A stretch of 64,000 nt of DNA, from assembly GCA_963762145.1 (NCBI GenBank), contig CAVXJS010000013.1:32001-96000 (forward strand), given 5' to 3'. The stretch is from an uncultured Candidatus Rokubacteria bacterium. GTDB lineage: Bacteria > Methylomirabilota > Methylomirabilia > Rokubacteriales > CSP1-6. Position numbers and translations under genes: made by a program. The notes under the pieces were generated by a model. It saw only the letters and a program-made list of their open reading frames with translations, had not been told where the DNA came from and did not search any database. Below are positions 40,018-50,533 of this stretch, one piece after another; the stretch's first letter is position 1, and each line of letters begins with the position of its first letter.

Positions 40018-41968
40018 ATGCTCGAGCCGGGCCTCGATACCTTCCCCAAGCTGGCCCTCCGCAACGCTCAGCGCCTTCCGCGGAAGATCGCCATCCGGGA
40101 GAAGGATCTGGGCATCTGGCAGTCACACACGTGGAGCCAGTATGTCGAGCAGTCGCGCCTCATCGCGCTGGGTCTGGCCGCGCTCGGCTTCGCCCGGGGT
40201 GACAAGACGGCGGTGGTCGGCGACAACCGGCCCCAGCTCTACTGGGCCATGCTGGCCACGCAGGCGCTCGGCGGGATCCCGGTGCCGCTCTACCAGGACT
40301 CCATCGAGAAGGAGATGCAGTACATCGTCGATCACGCGCAGGTGCGCTTCGCGGTGGTCGAGGACCAGGAGCAGGTCGACAAGCTGCTCCACGTCCGCGC
40401 GCACTGCCCGCAGCTCGAGTGGATCGTCTACGTGGACGGGCGGGGCCTCCGGCACTATCAGGATCTCGGCCTGCTGAGCCTCGACGAGCTCAAGGAGCGC
40501 GGGCGCAAGTTCGCCCAGGACAATCCGGGCTACTTCGATGAGGAGATCGCCCGGGGCGGAGCCGACGACACCGCGGTCATCGCCTACACGTCGGGGACCA
40601 CCGGGCAGCCCAAGGGCGCGATGCTCTCGCACCGCAACCTGATCGAGACCGCGCGCGCCGCGATCGAGCGCGAGCGCCTCACGGAGGCCGAGGAGGTCAT
40701 GGCGTACCTGCCCATGGCCTGGATCGGCGACCACATGTTCTCCTTCGGCCAGTCCGTGGTGGCGGGCTTCACCACCAACTGCCCGGAGAGCGCGGCCACG
40801 GTGCTCGCGGATCTCAAGGAGATCGGCCCCACCTACTTCTTCGCCCCGCCGCGCATCTGGGAGAACATCCTGACCTCGGTCATGATCCGGGTGGACGACA
40901 CCGCCTGGGTCAAGCGGCGCATGGTGCACGCCTTCCTGGGGCTGGCGCGCCGGGTGGAGCGCCGGCGCCTCGCGCACCGGGCTCCCGCGTGGCTCGACCG
41001 CCTGCTCTACCCGCTCGGCTGGCTGCTGGTCTACGGCCCGCTCCGCGACAACCTGGGCATGGGCAAGATCCGCGTGGCCTACACCGCGGGCGAGGCGATC
41101 GGGCCCGAGCTCTTCGAGTTCTACCGGTCGCTCGGCATCAACGTGAAGCAGCTCTACGGGATGACCGAATCGAGCGCGCTGATCTGCATCCAGGAGGACG
41201 GCGACGTCAAGCTCGACACGGTGGGCCCGCCGCTGCCCGGCGTCGAGGTGCGCATCAGCGGGACCGGCGAGGTGCTGTACCGGGGCCCGGGCGTGTTCCA
41301 GGGCTACTACCGGAACGAGGCGGCCACCCGGGAGACGCTCGACGACGGCTGGGTGCACTCGGGGGACGCGGGATTCTTCGACAAGGACGGCCACCTCAAG
41401 ATCATCGACCGGGCCCGCGACGTGGGCCGGCTCTCCGGGGGGACGATCTTCGCGCCCAAGTACCTCGAGAACAAGCTCAAGTTCTCGCCGTACGTGAAGG
41501 AGGCGGTCTGCGTGGGCCACGAGCGCGCCTTCGTGGGTGCGCTGATCAACATCGACCTGGCCTCGGTCGGCAACTGGGCGGAGCGCCGCGGCCTGGCCTA
41601 CACGAGCTACACGGATCTCGCCCAGAAGCCCGAGGTCTACGAGCTGATCCGCCAGGAGGTGGTGCGGGTCAACCGCAGCCTCCTCGACGAGGAGACGCTG
41701 CGCGGGCGCTCAGATCCGCCGCTTCCTGCTCCTGCACAAGGAGCTGGACGCGGACGACCAGGAAATCACCCGCACCCGCAAGGTGCGGCGGGGTTTCGTG
41801 GCCGAGAAGTACGCCCCCCTGATCGAGGCCCTCTACGGCGCCGCCGACCACGTCAACGTGGAGGCGCTGGTGACCTACGAGGACGGGCGCACCGGCACCG
41901 TGCGGGCCGCGGTGCGGATCACCGACGCGGAGAGCTTCTCGCGCGCGGGCGCGGGGGCGGCGGGATGA
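40018..41968 (+). CDS. Long-chain acyl-CoA synthetase (AMP-binding); frameshift near 41706
   Basis: YTSGTTGQPKG, YGMTE, SGDAG, IIDRARD. The C-terminus (IRRFLLLHKELDADDQEITRTRKVRR) is in another frame and matches paralog 47712..49640. Confidence 0.88.
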
Positions 41969-42759
41969 GGGTGCCGGACGGGCCCCCGCCGACGCCGCTC
42001 CTCGAGGTCAACGGGATCAGCGTGCGCTTCGGGGCGGTGCAGGCCCTCGAGCGGGTGAGCCTCGAGATCCGCCGCGGCGAGATCGTGGCCATCATCGGGC
42101 CCAATGGCGCGGGCAAGACCACCCTGCTCAACGTGGTGAGCGGCTTCTACCACCCGTACGAGGGCCAGATCCTCTTCGAGGGGCGCGACCGGACGCAGCT
42201 CCGGCCCTACGACGTGGCCGCGCTCGGCGTCGCGCGCACCTTTCAGAACGTGGCGCTCTTCAAGGGCATGAGCGTGCTCGACAACATCATGACCGGGCGG
42301 CTGCTCAAGATGCGGGGCAGCTTCCTGCTGGAGGCGCTCTACTGGGGCCCGGCCATGAAGCAGGAGCTCGAGCACCGGGCGGCGGTGGAGCGCATCATCG
42401 ACTTCCTGGAGATCCAGGCGATTCGCAAGGCCTCGGCGGGCAAGCTGCCGTACGGGCTGCAGAAGCGGGTGGAGCTGGCCCGCGCGCTCGCGGCCGAGCC
42501 CAAGCTCCTGCTGCTCGACGAGCCGATGGCGGGCATGAACGTCGAGGAGAAGGAAGACATGTGCCGGTTCATCCTCGGCGTCAACGACGAGTTCGGCACC
42601 ACCATCGCGCTGATCGAGCACGACATGAGCGTGGTGATGGATATCTCGGACCGCGTGATCGCGCTCGACTACGGGCGCAAGATCGCCGACGGCCGGCCCG
42701 ACGAGGTCCGGGCCGACCAGGGCGTGATCGACGCCTACCTGGGCGTGGCCCATGCTTGA
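41965..42759 (+). CDS. LivG-like ABC ATP-binding protein
   Basis: GPNGAGKTT, ARTFQNVALF, LLLDEPMAGM, IEHDM. ATGA overlap. Confidence 0.9.
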   Translation: MRVPDGPPPTPLLEVNGISVRFGAVQALERVSLEIRRGEIVAIIGPNGAGKTTLLNVVSGFYHPYEGQILFEGRDRTQLRPYDVAALGVARTFQNVALFKGMSVLDNIMTGRLLKMRGSFLLEALYWGPAMKQELEHRAAVERIIDFLEIQAIRKASAGKLPYGLQKRVELARALAAEPKLLLLDEPMAGMNVEEKEDMCRFILGVNDEFGTTIALIEHDMSVVMDISDRVIALDYGRKIADGRPDEVRADQGVIDAYLGVAHA

Positions 42760-43690
42760 CCTGGCGTACGCGGTCCTGGTCGCGCCCTTCAAGGACATGG
42801 TGGGCGCCCCCAGTTTCCTGGTCGAGGTGCTGATCGGCGGCCTCGCGGCCGGGCTCATGTACTCCCTGGTGGCGCTGGGCTTCGTGCTCATCTACAAGGC
42901 GTCCGGCGTCTTCAACTTCGCCCAGGGCGTGATGGTGCTGTTCGCGGCCCTGACCCTGGTGGGGCTGATGGAGCGCGGCGCTCCGCTGGTGGCGGCGCTG
43001 GTCCTGACCATGGGCGTGATGGTGGCGCTCGCTTTCGCCATCGAGCGCGTGGTGCTGCGCCCGCTCGTGAACCAGGAGCAGATCATCCTGTTCATGGCGA
43101 CGATCGGGCTCAACTTCTTCCTGGAGGGCTTCGGGGAGCTGGTCTGGGGGAGCAACGTCAAGAAGCTCGACGTCGGCATCCCCGACACGTCGTTCATGGC
43201 GTGGGGCGTCCAGGTCAATCGTCTCGAGCTGACCGCCGCGATCACCGCTGCGGTGCTGGTCGCGATCCTGGCCGTGTTCTTTCAGCGCACCCGCGTCGGG
43301 CGCGCGCTCCGGGCGGTGGCCGACGATCACGAGGCCGCGCTCTCGATCGGCATCCCGCTCAACACGATCTGGATCGTGGTCTGGTCGGTCGCGGGCCTGG
43401 TGGCCCTCGTCGCCGGGATCATGTGGGGGGCCAAGAGCGGCGTGCAGTTCAGCCTCTCGCTCATCGCGCTCAAGGCGCTCCCGGTGCTGATCCTGGGCGG
43501 CTTCACCTCGGTGCCGGGCGCCATCGTCGGCGGGCTCATCATCGGGATGGGCGAGAAGCTGGCCGAGGTGTACTGGGGGCCGCTCGTCGGCGGGGCCATC
43601 GAGAACTGGTTCGCCTACATGCTCGCCCTCGCCTTCCTCCTCGTCCGGCCGCAGGGCCTCTTCGGCGAGAAGATCATCGAGCGCGTATGA
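42752..43690 (+). CDS. LivH-like ABC permease
   Basis: YSLVALGFVLIYKASGVFNFAQG, ILGGFTS, RPQGLFGEKIIERV. Confidence 0.9.
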   Translation: MLDLAYAVLVAPFKDMVGAPSFLVEVLIGGLAAGLMYSLVALGFVLIYKASGVFNFAQGVMVLFAALTLVGLMERGAPLVAALVLTMGVMVALAFAIERVVLRPLVNQEQIILFMATIGLNFFLEGFGELVWGSNVKKLDVGIPDTSFMAWGVQVNRLELTAAITAAVLVAILAVFFQRTRVGRALRAVADDHEAALSIGIPLNTIWIVVWSVAGLVALVAGIMWGAKSGVQFSLSLIALKALPVLILGGFTSVPGAIVGGLIIGMGEKLAEVYWGPLVGGAIENWFAYMLALAFLLVRPQGLFGEKIIERV

Positions 43691-44763
43691 TCTACCGGGA
43701 AGCGGGGCAGTTCAAGGGTACGTACGCCAGCGACCAGGCGGTATTCCCGATCCGGCAGGATCGGATCATCGCGACGCTCGCGGCGGCCGCCGCGGTCATC
43801 GCGGTGCCGCTGGTCGCGAGCGAGTACTGGCTGCAGGCGGTGCTGATCCCGTTCCTGATTTACGCCCTGGCCGCCCTCGGCCTGAACCTGCTCACCGGCT
43901 ACGCGGGGCAGGTGTCGCTCGGCACCGGCGGCTTCATGGCGGTGGGCGCCTATTCCGCGTTCAAGATCACCACCGCGTTCCCGGGCCTCAACATCGTGGT
44001 CGCGTTCCTGCTGGCCGGGCTCGCGGCCGCGCTGGTGGGAGTGCTCTTCGGGATCCCGTCGCTGCGCATCAAGGGCTTCTACCTGGCCGTCGCCACCCTG
44101 GCCGCCCAGTTCTTCCTGATCTGGCTCTTCAACAAGGTGGCGTGGTTCACCAACTACGCCTCGTCCGGCACCATCACCGCGCCGCCGCGGCGGATGCTCG
44201 GGGTCATGGTGACGGGCCCGGAGGCGACCGCCCCGGTCCGGTACCTGCTCGCCCTGGCGCTGGTGGCGCTGTTCGCGCTCGTGGCCAAGAACCTGGTGCG
44301 GGGGCGGGTGGGGCGCTCGTGGATGGCGATCCGCGACCGGGACATCGCGGCCGAGATCATCGGGGTGCGCCCGCTGCGCACCAAGCTCCTCGCCTTCGCG
44401 ATCAGCTCGTTCTTCTGCGGGGTGGCGGGAGCGGAGTACGTGTTCCTCTATCTCGGCAGCGCCGAGACCCTGGCCTTCGACATCAACGTGTCCTTCCTCG
44501 TGCTGTTCATGGTCATCATCGGCGGCCTGGGCTCCATCCTGGGCTCCTTCCTGGGGGCCGCCTTCATCGTGATGGTGCCGATCTTCCTCACCAACGCGCC
44601 GCACCTGCTGGGCCTGTCCATGCCGGTGGCGCTCCAGAAGCACATCGAGCTGATGGTGTTCGGCGGGCTGATCGTCCTGTTCCTGATCGTCGAGCCGCAC
44701 GGCCTGGCCCGGCTCTGGCAGATCACCAAGGAGAAGCTGCGCCTGTGGCCGTTCCCCTACTGA
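43687..44763 (+). CDS. LivM-like ABC permease
   Basis: MIYREAG, NLLTGYAGQVSLG, SLRIKGFYLA, AIRDRDIAAE, WPFPY. Confidence 0.9.
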   Translation: MIYREAGQFKGTYASDQAVFPIRQDRIIATLAAAAAVIAVPLVASEYWLQAVLIPFLIYALAALGLNLLTGYAGQVSLGTGGFMAVGAYSAFKITTAFPGLNIVVAFLLAGLAAALVGVLFGIPSLRIKGFYLAVATLAAQFFLIWLFNKVAWFTNYASSGTITAPPRRMLGVMVTGPEATAPVRYLLALALVALFALVAKNLVRGRVGRSWMAIRDRDIAAEIIGVRPLRTKLLAFAISSFFCGVAGAEYVFLYLGSAETLAFDINVSFLVLFMVIIGGLGSILGSFLGAAFIVMVPIFLTNAPHLLGLSMPVALQKHIELMVFGGLIVLFLIVEPHGLARLWQITKEKLRLWPFPY

Positions 44764-44777
44764 CAAAGGAGATCCGC

Positions 44778-46103
44778 ATGACTCTACGACGCGTCATGAT
44801 CGCGCTGCTCGCCGCCGCCGTCATCGCCGTGCCGCTGGCCGGGACGGTGGCGGCCCAGGCCAAGGAGATGTTCATCCCCTCGCTGGTGTACCGCACCGGA
44901 CCCTACGCGCCGAGCGGCATCCCGTTCGCCAACGGCCTCTGGGACTACCTCACGATGCTCAACGAGCGGGACGGCGGGGTCAACGGCGTCCGCATCGTGG
45001 TGGAGGAGTGCGAGACCCAGTACGACACCAAGCAGGGCGTCGAGTGCTACGAGCGGCTCAAGGGCAAGGGCACCGGCGCGGTGGTGTTCAACCCGCTGAG
45101 CACCGGGATCACCTACCAGCTCATCCCGAAGGCGGGGGTGGACAAGATCACGGTGCACTCGATGGGCTACGGCATGACCGCGGCCGCCGACGGGCGCTGG
45201 TTCCCCTGGGTGTTCAACTTCCCGACGACCTACTGGAGCCAGGCCTCCTCGGTGATCCGGTACATGGGGCAGCAGGAGGGTGGGCTCGACAAGCTGAAGG
45301 GCAAGAAGATCGTCCACGTCTACCACAACAGCCCCTACGGCAAGGAAGCGAATCCCACGCTCGAGGAGCTGGCCCGCAAGTACGGCTTCGAGCTGACGCT
45401 GCTCGCGGTGGACCACCCTGGTCAGGAGCAGAAGGCCACCTGGCTGCAGGTGCGGCGGATCAACCCCGCGTGGGTGTACCTCTCGGGCTGGGGCGTGATG
45501 AACCAGGTGGCGGTGAAGGAGGCGGCCGCGATCAACTTCCCGATGGACCACCTGATCGGCAACTGGTGGTCGGCCAGCGAGGCGGACGTGGTGCCGGCGG
45601 GCGACGGGGCCAAGGGCTACAAGGGCGCGACGTTCCACGCGCCCGGGAGCAACTTCAAGGTCCACGCCGACATCGTCAAGCACGTCTACGACAAGGGCAA
45701 GAACATCGGCCCCAAGGACAAGATCGGCGAGGCCCTCTACAACCGCGGCATCATCAACGCCATGTACGCGGTCGAGGCCATCCGCACCGCGATGGGCAAG
45801 TTCGGCAACAAGCCGCTGACCGCCGAGCAGGTGCGCTGGGGCTACGAGCACCTGAACCTCACCGACGCGCGGCTCGACCAGATCGGCCTCAAGGGCTTCA
45901 CCCACGCGGTGAAGGTGACCTGCGAGGATCACGAGGGCAACGGCCCCGTGCTGATCCAGCAGTGGGACGGCCAGAAGTGGAACGTGGTGTCGGAGTGGGT
46001 GGCCCCGATGCGGGACGTCGTCCGGCCGAAGCTCGAGGCGGCGGCGGTCGAGGAAGGCAAGAAGCTGGGCTACTCGGCGCGCGACTGCTCGAAGGAGAAC
46101 TAG
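44778..46103 (+). CDS. LIV-type ABC substrate-binding protein
   Basis: Signal peptide after AGGAG; YRTGPYA, ECETQY, CEDHEG. Confidence 0.88.
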   Translation: MTLRRVMIALLAAAVIAVPLAGTVAAQAKEMFIPSLVYRTGPYAPSGIPFANGLWDYLTMLNERDGGVNGVRIVVEECETQYDTKQGVECYERLKGKGTGAVVFNPLSTGITYQLIPKAGVDKITVHSMGYGMTAAADGRWFPWVFNFPTTYWSQASSVIRYMGQQEGGLDKLKGKKIVHVYHNSPYGKEANPTLEELARKYGFELTLLAVDHPGQEQKATWLQVRRINPAWVYLSGWGVMNQVAVKEAAAINFPMDHLIGNWWSASEADVVPAGDGAKGYKGATFHAPGSNFKVHADIVKHVYDKGKNIGPKDKIGEALYNRGIINAMYAVEAIRTAMGKFGNKPLTAEQVRWGYEHLNLTDARLDQIGLKGFTHAVKVTCEDHEGNGPVLIQQWDGQKWNVVSEWVAPMRDVVRPKLEAAAVEEGKKLGYSARDCSKEN

Positions 46104-46109
46104 GACGTC

Positions 46110-46926
46110 GTGAGCGTCGCCGCGCGCCCGCTGCTCTCGGTCAACAACATCGAGGTCATCTACGATCACGTGATCCTCGTGTTGAAGGGCGTGTCGCTCC
46201 AGGTTCCCGAGGAGGGCATCGTCGCCCTCCTCGGGGCCAACGGGGCGGGCAAGTCCACCACGCTCAAGGCCATCTCGGGGCTCCTGCGCACCGAGCGGGG
46301 CGAGGTGACCAAGGGCGGGGTGGAGCTCGGCGGCGAGGCGATCCATCGCCGCGAGGCCTCCGAGATCGTGCGGCGGGGCGTGGTGCAGGTGATGGAAGGC
46401 CGGCACGTCTTCGAGCACCTGACCGTGGAGGAGAATCTGCTGACCGGGGGCTACACGCGGCGGAACGGGCACGCGCTCAAGCCGGATCTGGAGCGGGTGT
46501 ACGGCTATTTCCCCCGCCTGCGGGACCGGCGCGGCGTGCGCGCCGGCTACATCTCGGGCGGCGAGCAGCAGATGCTCGCGATCGGCCGGGCCCTCATGGC
46601 CCATCCGCGCCTGATGCTGCTCGACGAGCCCTCGATGGGCCTGGCCCCGATGCTGGTGCAGGAGATCTTCGAGATCGTCGGGCGGTCTGAACCGCGAGGA
46701 GCGGGTGGCGGTGCTGCTGGCCGAGCAGAACGCGAACATGGCGCTGCGCTTCGCCCAGTACGTCTACGTGATGGAGAACGGGCGGGTGGTGCTGGACGGC
46801 GACGTCAAGACGGTGAGCGAGAACGAGGACATCAAGGAGTTCTACCTGGGGCTGTCCGGGGTGGGCCAGCGGAAGAGCTATCGCGACGTCAAACACTACA
46901 AGCGGCGGAAACGCTGGCTGTCGTGA
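46110..46926 (+). CDS. LivF-like ABC ATP-binding protein; frameshift near 46687
   Basis: NNIEVIYD, GANGAGKST, SGGEQQM. The tail RKSYRDVKHYKRRKRWLS is in frame 46705..46926. Confidence 0.88.
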
Positions 46927-46936
46927 GGACCCAGAC

Positions 46937-47731
46937 ATGAGCTCGCAGCTCCAGATCGCGGAGGTCTCGAAGGCGTTCGGGGGCGTGCAGGCGGTCACGC
47001 GGGTGAGCCTGGACGTCCGACAGGGAGAGATCCTCTCGGTCATCGGCCCCAACGGCGCGGGCAAGACCACCCTGCTCAACATGATCAGCGGGTTCTACCA
47101 TCCCGACACGGGCCGGATCACGCTCGAGGGCGGCGACGTCACCCGCAGCGCCCCGAGCCGGATCGCCGAGCTGGGGGTCGCCCGCACGTTCCAGAACATC
47201 GCTCTGTTCCGAGGCATGACCGTGCTCGACAACCTCATGCTGGGCCGCCACGTCCGGATGAAGGCGGGGGTGCTCGCCTCCTTCATCTACTGGGGCCTCG
47301 CCCAGCGAGAGGAAGTGACCCATCGGCGACGCGTGGAAGACATCATCGATTTCCTGCGGATCCAGGACCTGCGCCGGCGTCCGACCGGGTCGCTGGCCTA
47401 CGGCCTGCAGAAGCGGGTCGAGCTCGGCCGGGCCCTCGCCCTCGACCCCAAGATTCTCCTCCTCGACGAGCCGATGGGCGGCTGTAACCACGAGGAGAAG
47501 GAGGACATGGCCCGCTTCATCCTCGACGTCAACCAGGAGTGGGGGACCACCATCATCCTGATCGAGCACGACATGGGGGTGGTCATGGACATCTCGGATC
47601 GGGTGGCCGTCCTCGACATGGGGCAGAAGATCGCCGACGGCTCCCCCGACGAGGTGCGAGCGAACCCGCAGGTGATCAAGGCGTACCTGGGCGACGCGAA
47701 GGGCGCGACGAATGGAGGCCAACGTGGCTGA
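46937..47731 (+). CDS. LivG-like ABC ATP-binding protein (paralog of 41965..42759)
   Basis: GPNGAGKTT, ARTFQNIALF, YGLQKRVEL, IEHDM. Confidence 0.9.
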   Translation: MSSQLQIAEVSKAFGGVQAVTRVSLDVRQGEILSVIGPNGAGKTTLLNMISGFYHPDTGRITLEGGDVTRSAPSRIAELGVARTFQNIALFRGMTVLDNLMLGRHVRMKAGVLASFIYWGLAQREEVTHRRRVEDIIDFLRIQDLRRRPTGSLAYGLQKRVELGRALALDPKILLLDEPMGGCNHEEKEDMARFILDVNQEWGTTIILIEHDMGVVMDISDRVAVLDMGQKIADGSPDEVRANPQVIKAYLGDAKGATNGGQRG

Positions 47732-49640
47732 CCTCACGACACTACCCCGCCTGTTGCAGCGCAACGCCCGCGAGCTCGGGAACCGGCCGGCGATCCGCGA
47801 GAAGGACCGGGGCATCTGGCAGACGTGGACCTGGAGTCAGTACCACGACCAGGTCCGGGATCTCGCGCTCGGCTTGGCCGCCCTCGGCTTCCAGCGAGGC
47901 GATCGCCTGTCGGTGATCGGGGACAACCGGCCCCGCCTGTACTGGGGCCAGGTCGCGGCCCAGGCCCTCGGCGGCGTGCCGGTGCCCGTCTACCAGGACT
48001 CGATCGCCAAGGAGCTGGCCTACGTGTGGAACCACTCCGAGGTCAGCGTGATCCTCGCGGAGGACCAGGAGCAGGTGGACAAGATTCTCGCCCTCCGGGC
48101 CGAGCTCCCGGCGCTGCGCCTCGTGATCTACGACGACCCGCGGGGCCTATCCTCGTACCGGCACGACTGGCTCAAGTCCTACGACGATCTGCAGGAGCGG
48201 GGCCGCGCCTTCGCGGCCGAGCATCCCGGGTATTTCGAGGCCGAGATCGAGAAGGGGCGGCCGGACGACGTCGCGATCATCTGTTACACCTCGGGCACCA
48301 CCGGCAGTCCGAAGGGGGCCATGATCACGCACGCCAACGCGGTGGGGGTGGCCGACAGCTTCCGGCGGGAGTCTCGCCTCACCCCGGAGGACACCTCGCT
48401 GGCCTACCTGCCCATGGCGTGGGCCGGCGATTCGGTCTACACGCTGTTCGCCAGCCTGGTGGTGGGCTTCTGCGCCAACTGCCCGGAGAGCCCGGAGACG
48501 GTGCAGCGGGACCTCCGGGAGCTCGGCCCGTCCACCCTGCTCGCCCCGCCCCGCATCTGGGAGAACATGCTCACCGCGGTGCAGGTGCGGGCCAGCGACG
48601 CCACTCCGCTGAAGCGGCACACCTTCGAGTACTTCCGCGGAGCGGCGGAGCGGGCCGAGATCCTCCGGACCGAGGGCAAGCCGGTGCCCCTCGGTCTCAA
48701 GGTGGCCACCGCGCTCGGCGAGTTCTTCGTGTATCGACCCGTCCGCGACCAGCTCGGCCTGAGCCGGACCAAGTGGGTGCTGACCGGGGGAGCGCCCCTC
48801 GGGCCCGACACGTTCCGGTTCTTCCGCTCGATCGGGGTCAATCTCAAGCAGGTCTACGGATCGACCGAGACCACCGGGCTCGTGTCGCTCCAGCCGGACC
48901 GGGAGGCCAATCCCACCACCGCGGGGCGCCCGGTGTCCGGGGTGGAGATCCGGATCGGCGATCGCGGCGAGGTCCTCGTGAAGGGCTGTGCGGTCTTCAA
49001 GGGCTACTTCCGGAACGACGAGGCGACCCGCGAAGTCATCGACGCCGACGGCTGGTTCCACACCGGCGACGCCGGCTTCATCGATCCCCAGGGCCATCTC
49101 GTCATCATCGACCGGGCCAAGGACGTGGGCGCGCTCGCCGAGGGCACTCCCTTCGCTCCGCAGTTCATCGAGAACAAGCTGAAGTTCAGCCCGTACATCC
49201 GGGAGGCGGTGGCCTTCGGCCACGAGAAGCCGTTCGTTGCCGTCATGGTGGCGATCGATCCCGGAACGGTCGGGAACTGGGCGGAGCGCCGCGGGCTCGC
49301 CTACACCTCCTACATGGATCTCTCCCAGAAGGCGGAGGTGCGCGGGCTGATCCGCGACGAGATCCGCCGCGCGAACCAGACTCTGCCCGAGGGGATCCGG
49401 ATCCGTCGCGTCCTCCTGCTCACCAAGGATCTCGAGGCCGACGACGCGGAGATGACGCGGACCCGAAAGGTGCGGCGACGCTACGTCGCCGACAAGTACG
49501 CGACGGTGATCGACGCGCTGTACGGTGGCGCGGGCGAGACGGAGCTCTCCACCAGTATCACCTACGAGGACGGGCGCCAGGCGACCATCCAATCGCGGGT
49601 GCGAATCGAGGATGTCGAGGAGGTAGCCACCCGTGTCTGA
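47712..49640 (+). CDS. Long-chain acyl-CoA synthetase (paralog of 40018..41968)
   Basis: YTSGTTGSPKG, YGSTE, HTGDAG, IIDRAKD, TRTRKVRR. Confidence 0.9.
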   Translation: MEANVADLTTLPRLLQRNARELGNRPAIREKDRGIWQTWTWSQYHDQVRDLALGLAALGFQRGDRLSVIGDNRPRLYWGQVAAQALGGVPVPVYQDSIAKELAYVWNHSEVSVILAEDQEQVDKILALRAELPALRLVIYDDPRGLSSYRHDWLKSYDDLQERGRAFAAEHPGYFEAEIEKGRPDDVAIICYTSGTTGSPKGAMITHANAVGVADSFRRESRLTPEDTSLAYLPMAWAGDSVYTLFASLVVGFCANCPESPETVQRDLRELGPSTLLAPPRIWENMLTAVQVRASDATPLKRHTFEYFRGAAERAEILRTEGKPVPLGLKVATALGEFFVYRPVRDQLGLSRTKWVLTGGAPLGPDTFRFFRSIGVNLKQVYGSTETTGLVSLQPDREANPTTAGRPVSGVEIRIGDRGEVLVKGCAVFKGYFRNDEATREVIDADGWFHTGDAGFIDPQGHLVIIDRAKDVGALAEGTPFAPQFIENKLKFSPYIREAVAFGHEKPFVAVMVAIDPGTVGNWAERRGLAYTSYMDLSQKAEVRGLIRDEIRRANQTLPEGIRIRRVLLLTKDLEADDAEMTRTRKVRRRYVADKYATVIDALYGGAGETELSTSITYEDGRQATIQSRVRIEDVEEVATRV

Positions 49641-50529
49641 CGAACTCGGCTTCTTTTTTCTCCTGGTATCGAACGGCATCCTGATCGGCCTGATGTACGC
49701 GCTGATCGCGCTGGGTTTCGTGCTCGTCTACAAGGCCACCGACGCGGTGAACTTCGCCCAGGGTGAGTTCGTCCTGCTCGCCGGCCTCCTGGCCGCGGCC
49801 GCCCTCGACGTGTGGGGCGCCCCCCTGTGGGTGGCGGTGGGGACCGCGCTGGCGGGCATGATCGTGTTCGGGTTCCTCCTCGAGCGGGTCATGCTGCGCA
49901 AGCTGATCGGACGCCCGGTGATCGCGGTGGTGATGGCCACCATCGGCCTCGCCTCTATCCTGCGCGGCATCGGTCCCGCCACCGTGGGGGCGGGCACCCG
50001 GACCATCCCGCTGCCCATCCCGGACGACCCCATCGTGCTAGGGCCGCTGTTCATCCCGCCCATCCAGCTTTTGGGGGGCGTGGTGAGCCTCCTGTTCCTC
50101 AGCGGGTTCGGCTGGTTCTTCCTGAAGTCACGGAAGGGCATTGCGATGCGGGCCATCGCGGACAACCAGCAGGTCGCGATGGCGATGGGGATCAACGTGG
50201 AGCGCTATTTCGGTCTGGCGTGGGCCATGACCGGGGTGGTGTCCGCGCTCGGCGGCATCATCTGGGGCAACCTGCTCGGGGTGGACATCAACCTGTCCCT
50301 GGTCGGGTTGAAGGTGTTCCCGGTGGTGATCCTCGGGGGGCTCGACTCGATTCCCGGGGCGGTGATCGGCGGCCTGATCGTGGGCCTGGTGGAGAACGTG
50401 ACCGCCGGCTACGTTGATCCCTACGTGGGGGGCGGCACCAAGGACTTCGCGCCGTACGTGCTGATGATCCTCGCCCTCATGGTCCGTCCGTACGGGATCT
50501 TCGGCAAGAAGATCATCGAGAGGATCTAG
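49633..50529 (+). CDS. LivH-like ABC permease
   Basis: YALIALGFVLVYKATDAVNFAQG, ILGGLDS, RPYGIFGKKIIERI. Confidence 0.9.
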   Translation: MSDELGFFFLLVSNGILIGLMYALIALGFVLVYKATDAVNFAQGEFVLLAGLLAAAALDVWGAPLWVAVGTALAGMIVFGFLLERVMLRKLIGRPVIAVVMATIGLASILRGIGPATVGAGTRTIPLPIPDDPIVLGPLFIPPIQLLGGVVSLLFLSGFGWFFLKSRKGIAMRAIADNQQVAMAMGINVERYFGLAWAMTGVVSALGGIIWGNLLGVDINLSLVGLKVFPVVILGGLDSIPGAVIGGLIVGLVENVTAGYVDPYVGGGTKDFAPYVLMILALMVRPYGIFGKKIIERI

Positions 50530-50533
50530 GCCG

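Noticed and set aside
40018-42759. 913-aa acyl-CoA synthetase-ABC ATPase fusion in the ORF track
   Set aside because: A +1 frameshift near 41706 creates it. The true synthetase C-terminus is in another frame, matches the paralog at 47712, and ends at 41968 with an ATGA overlap.
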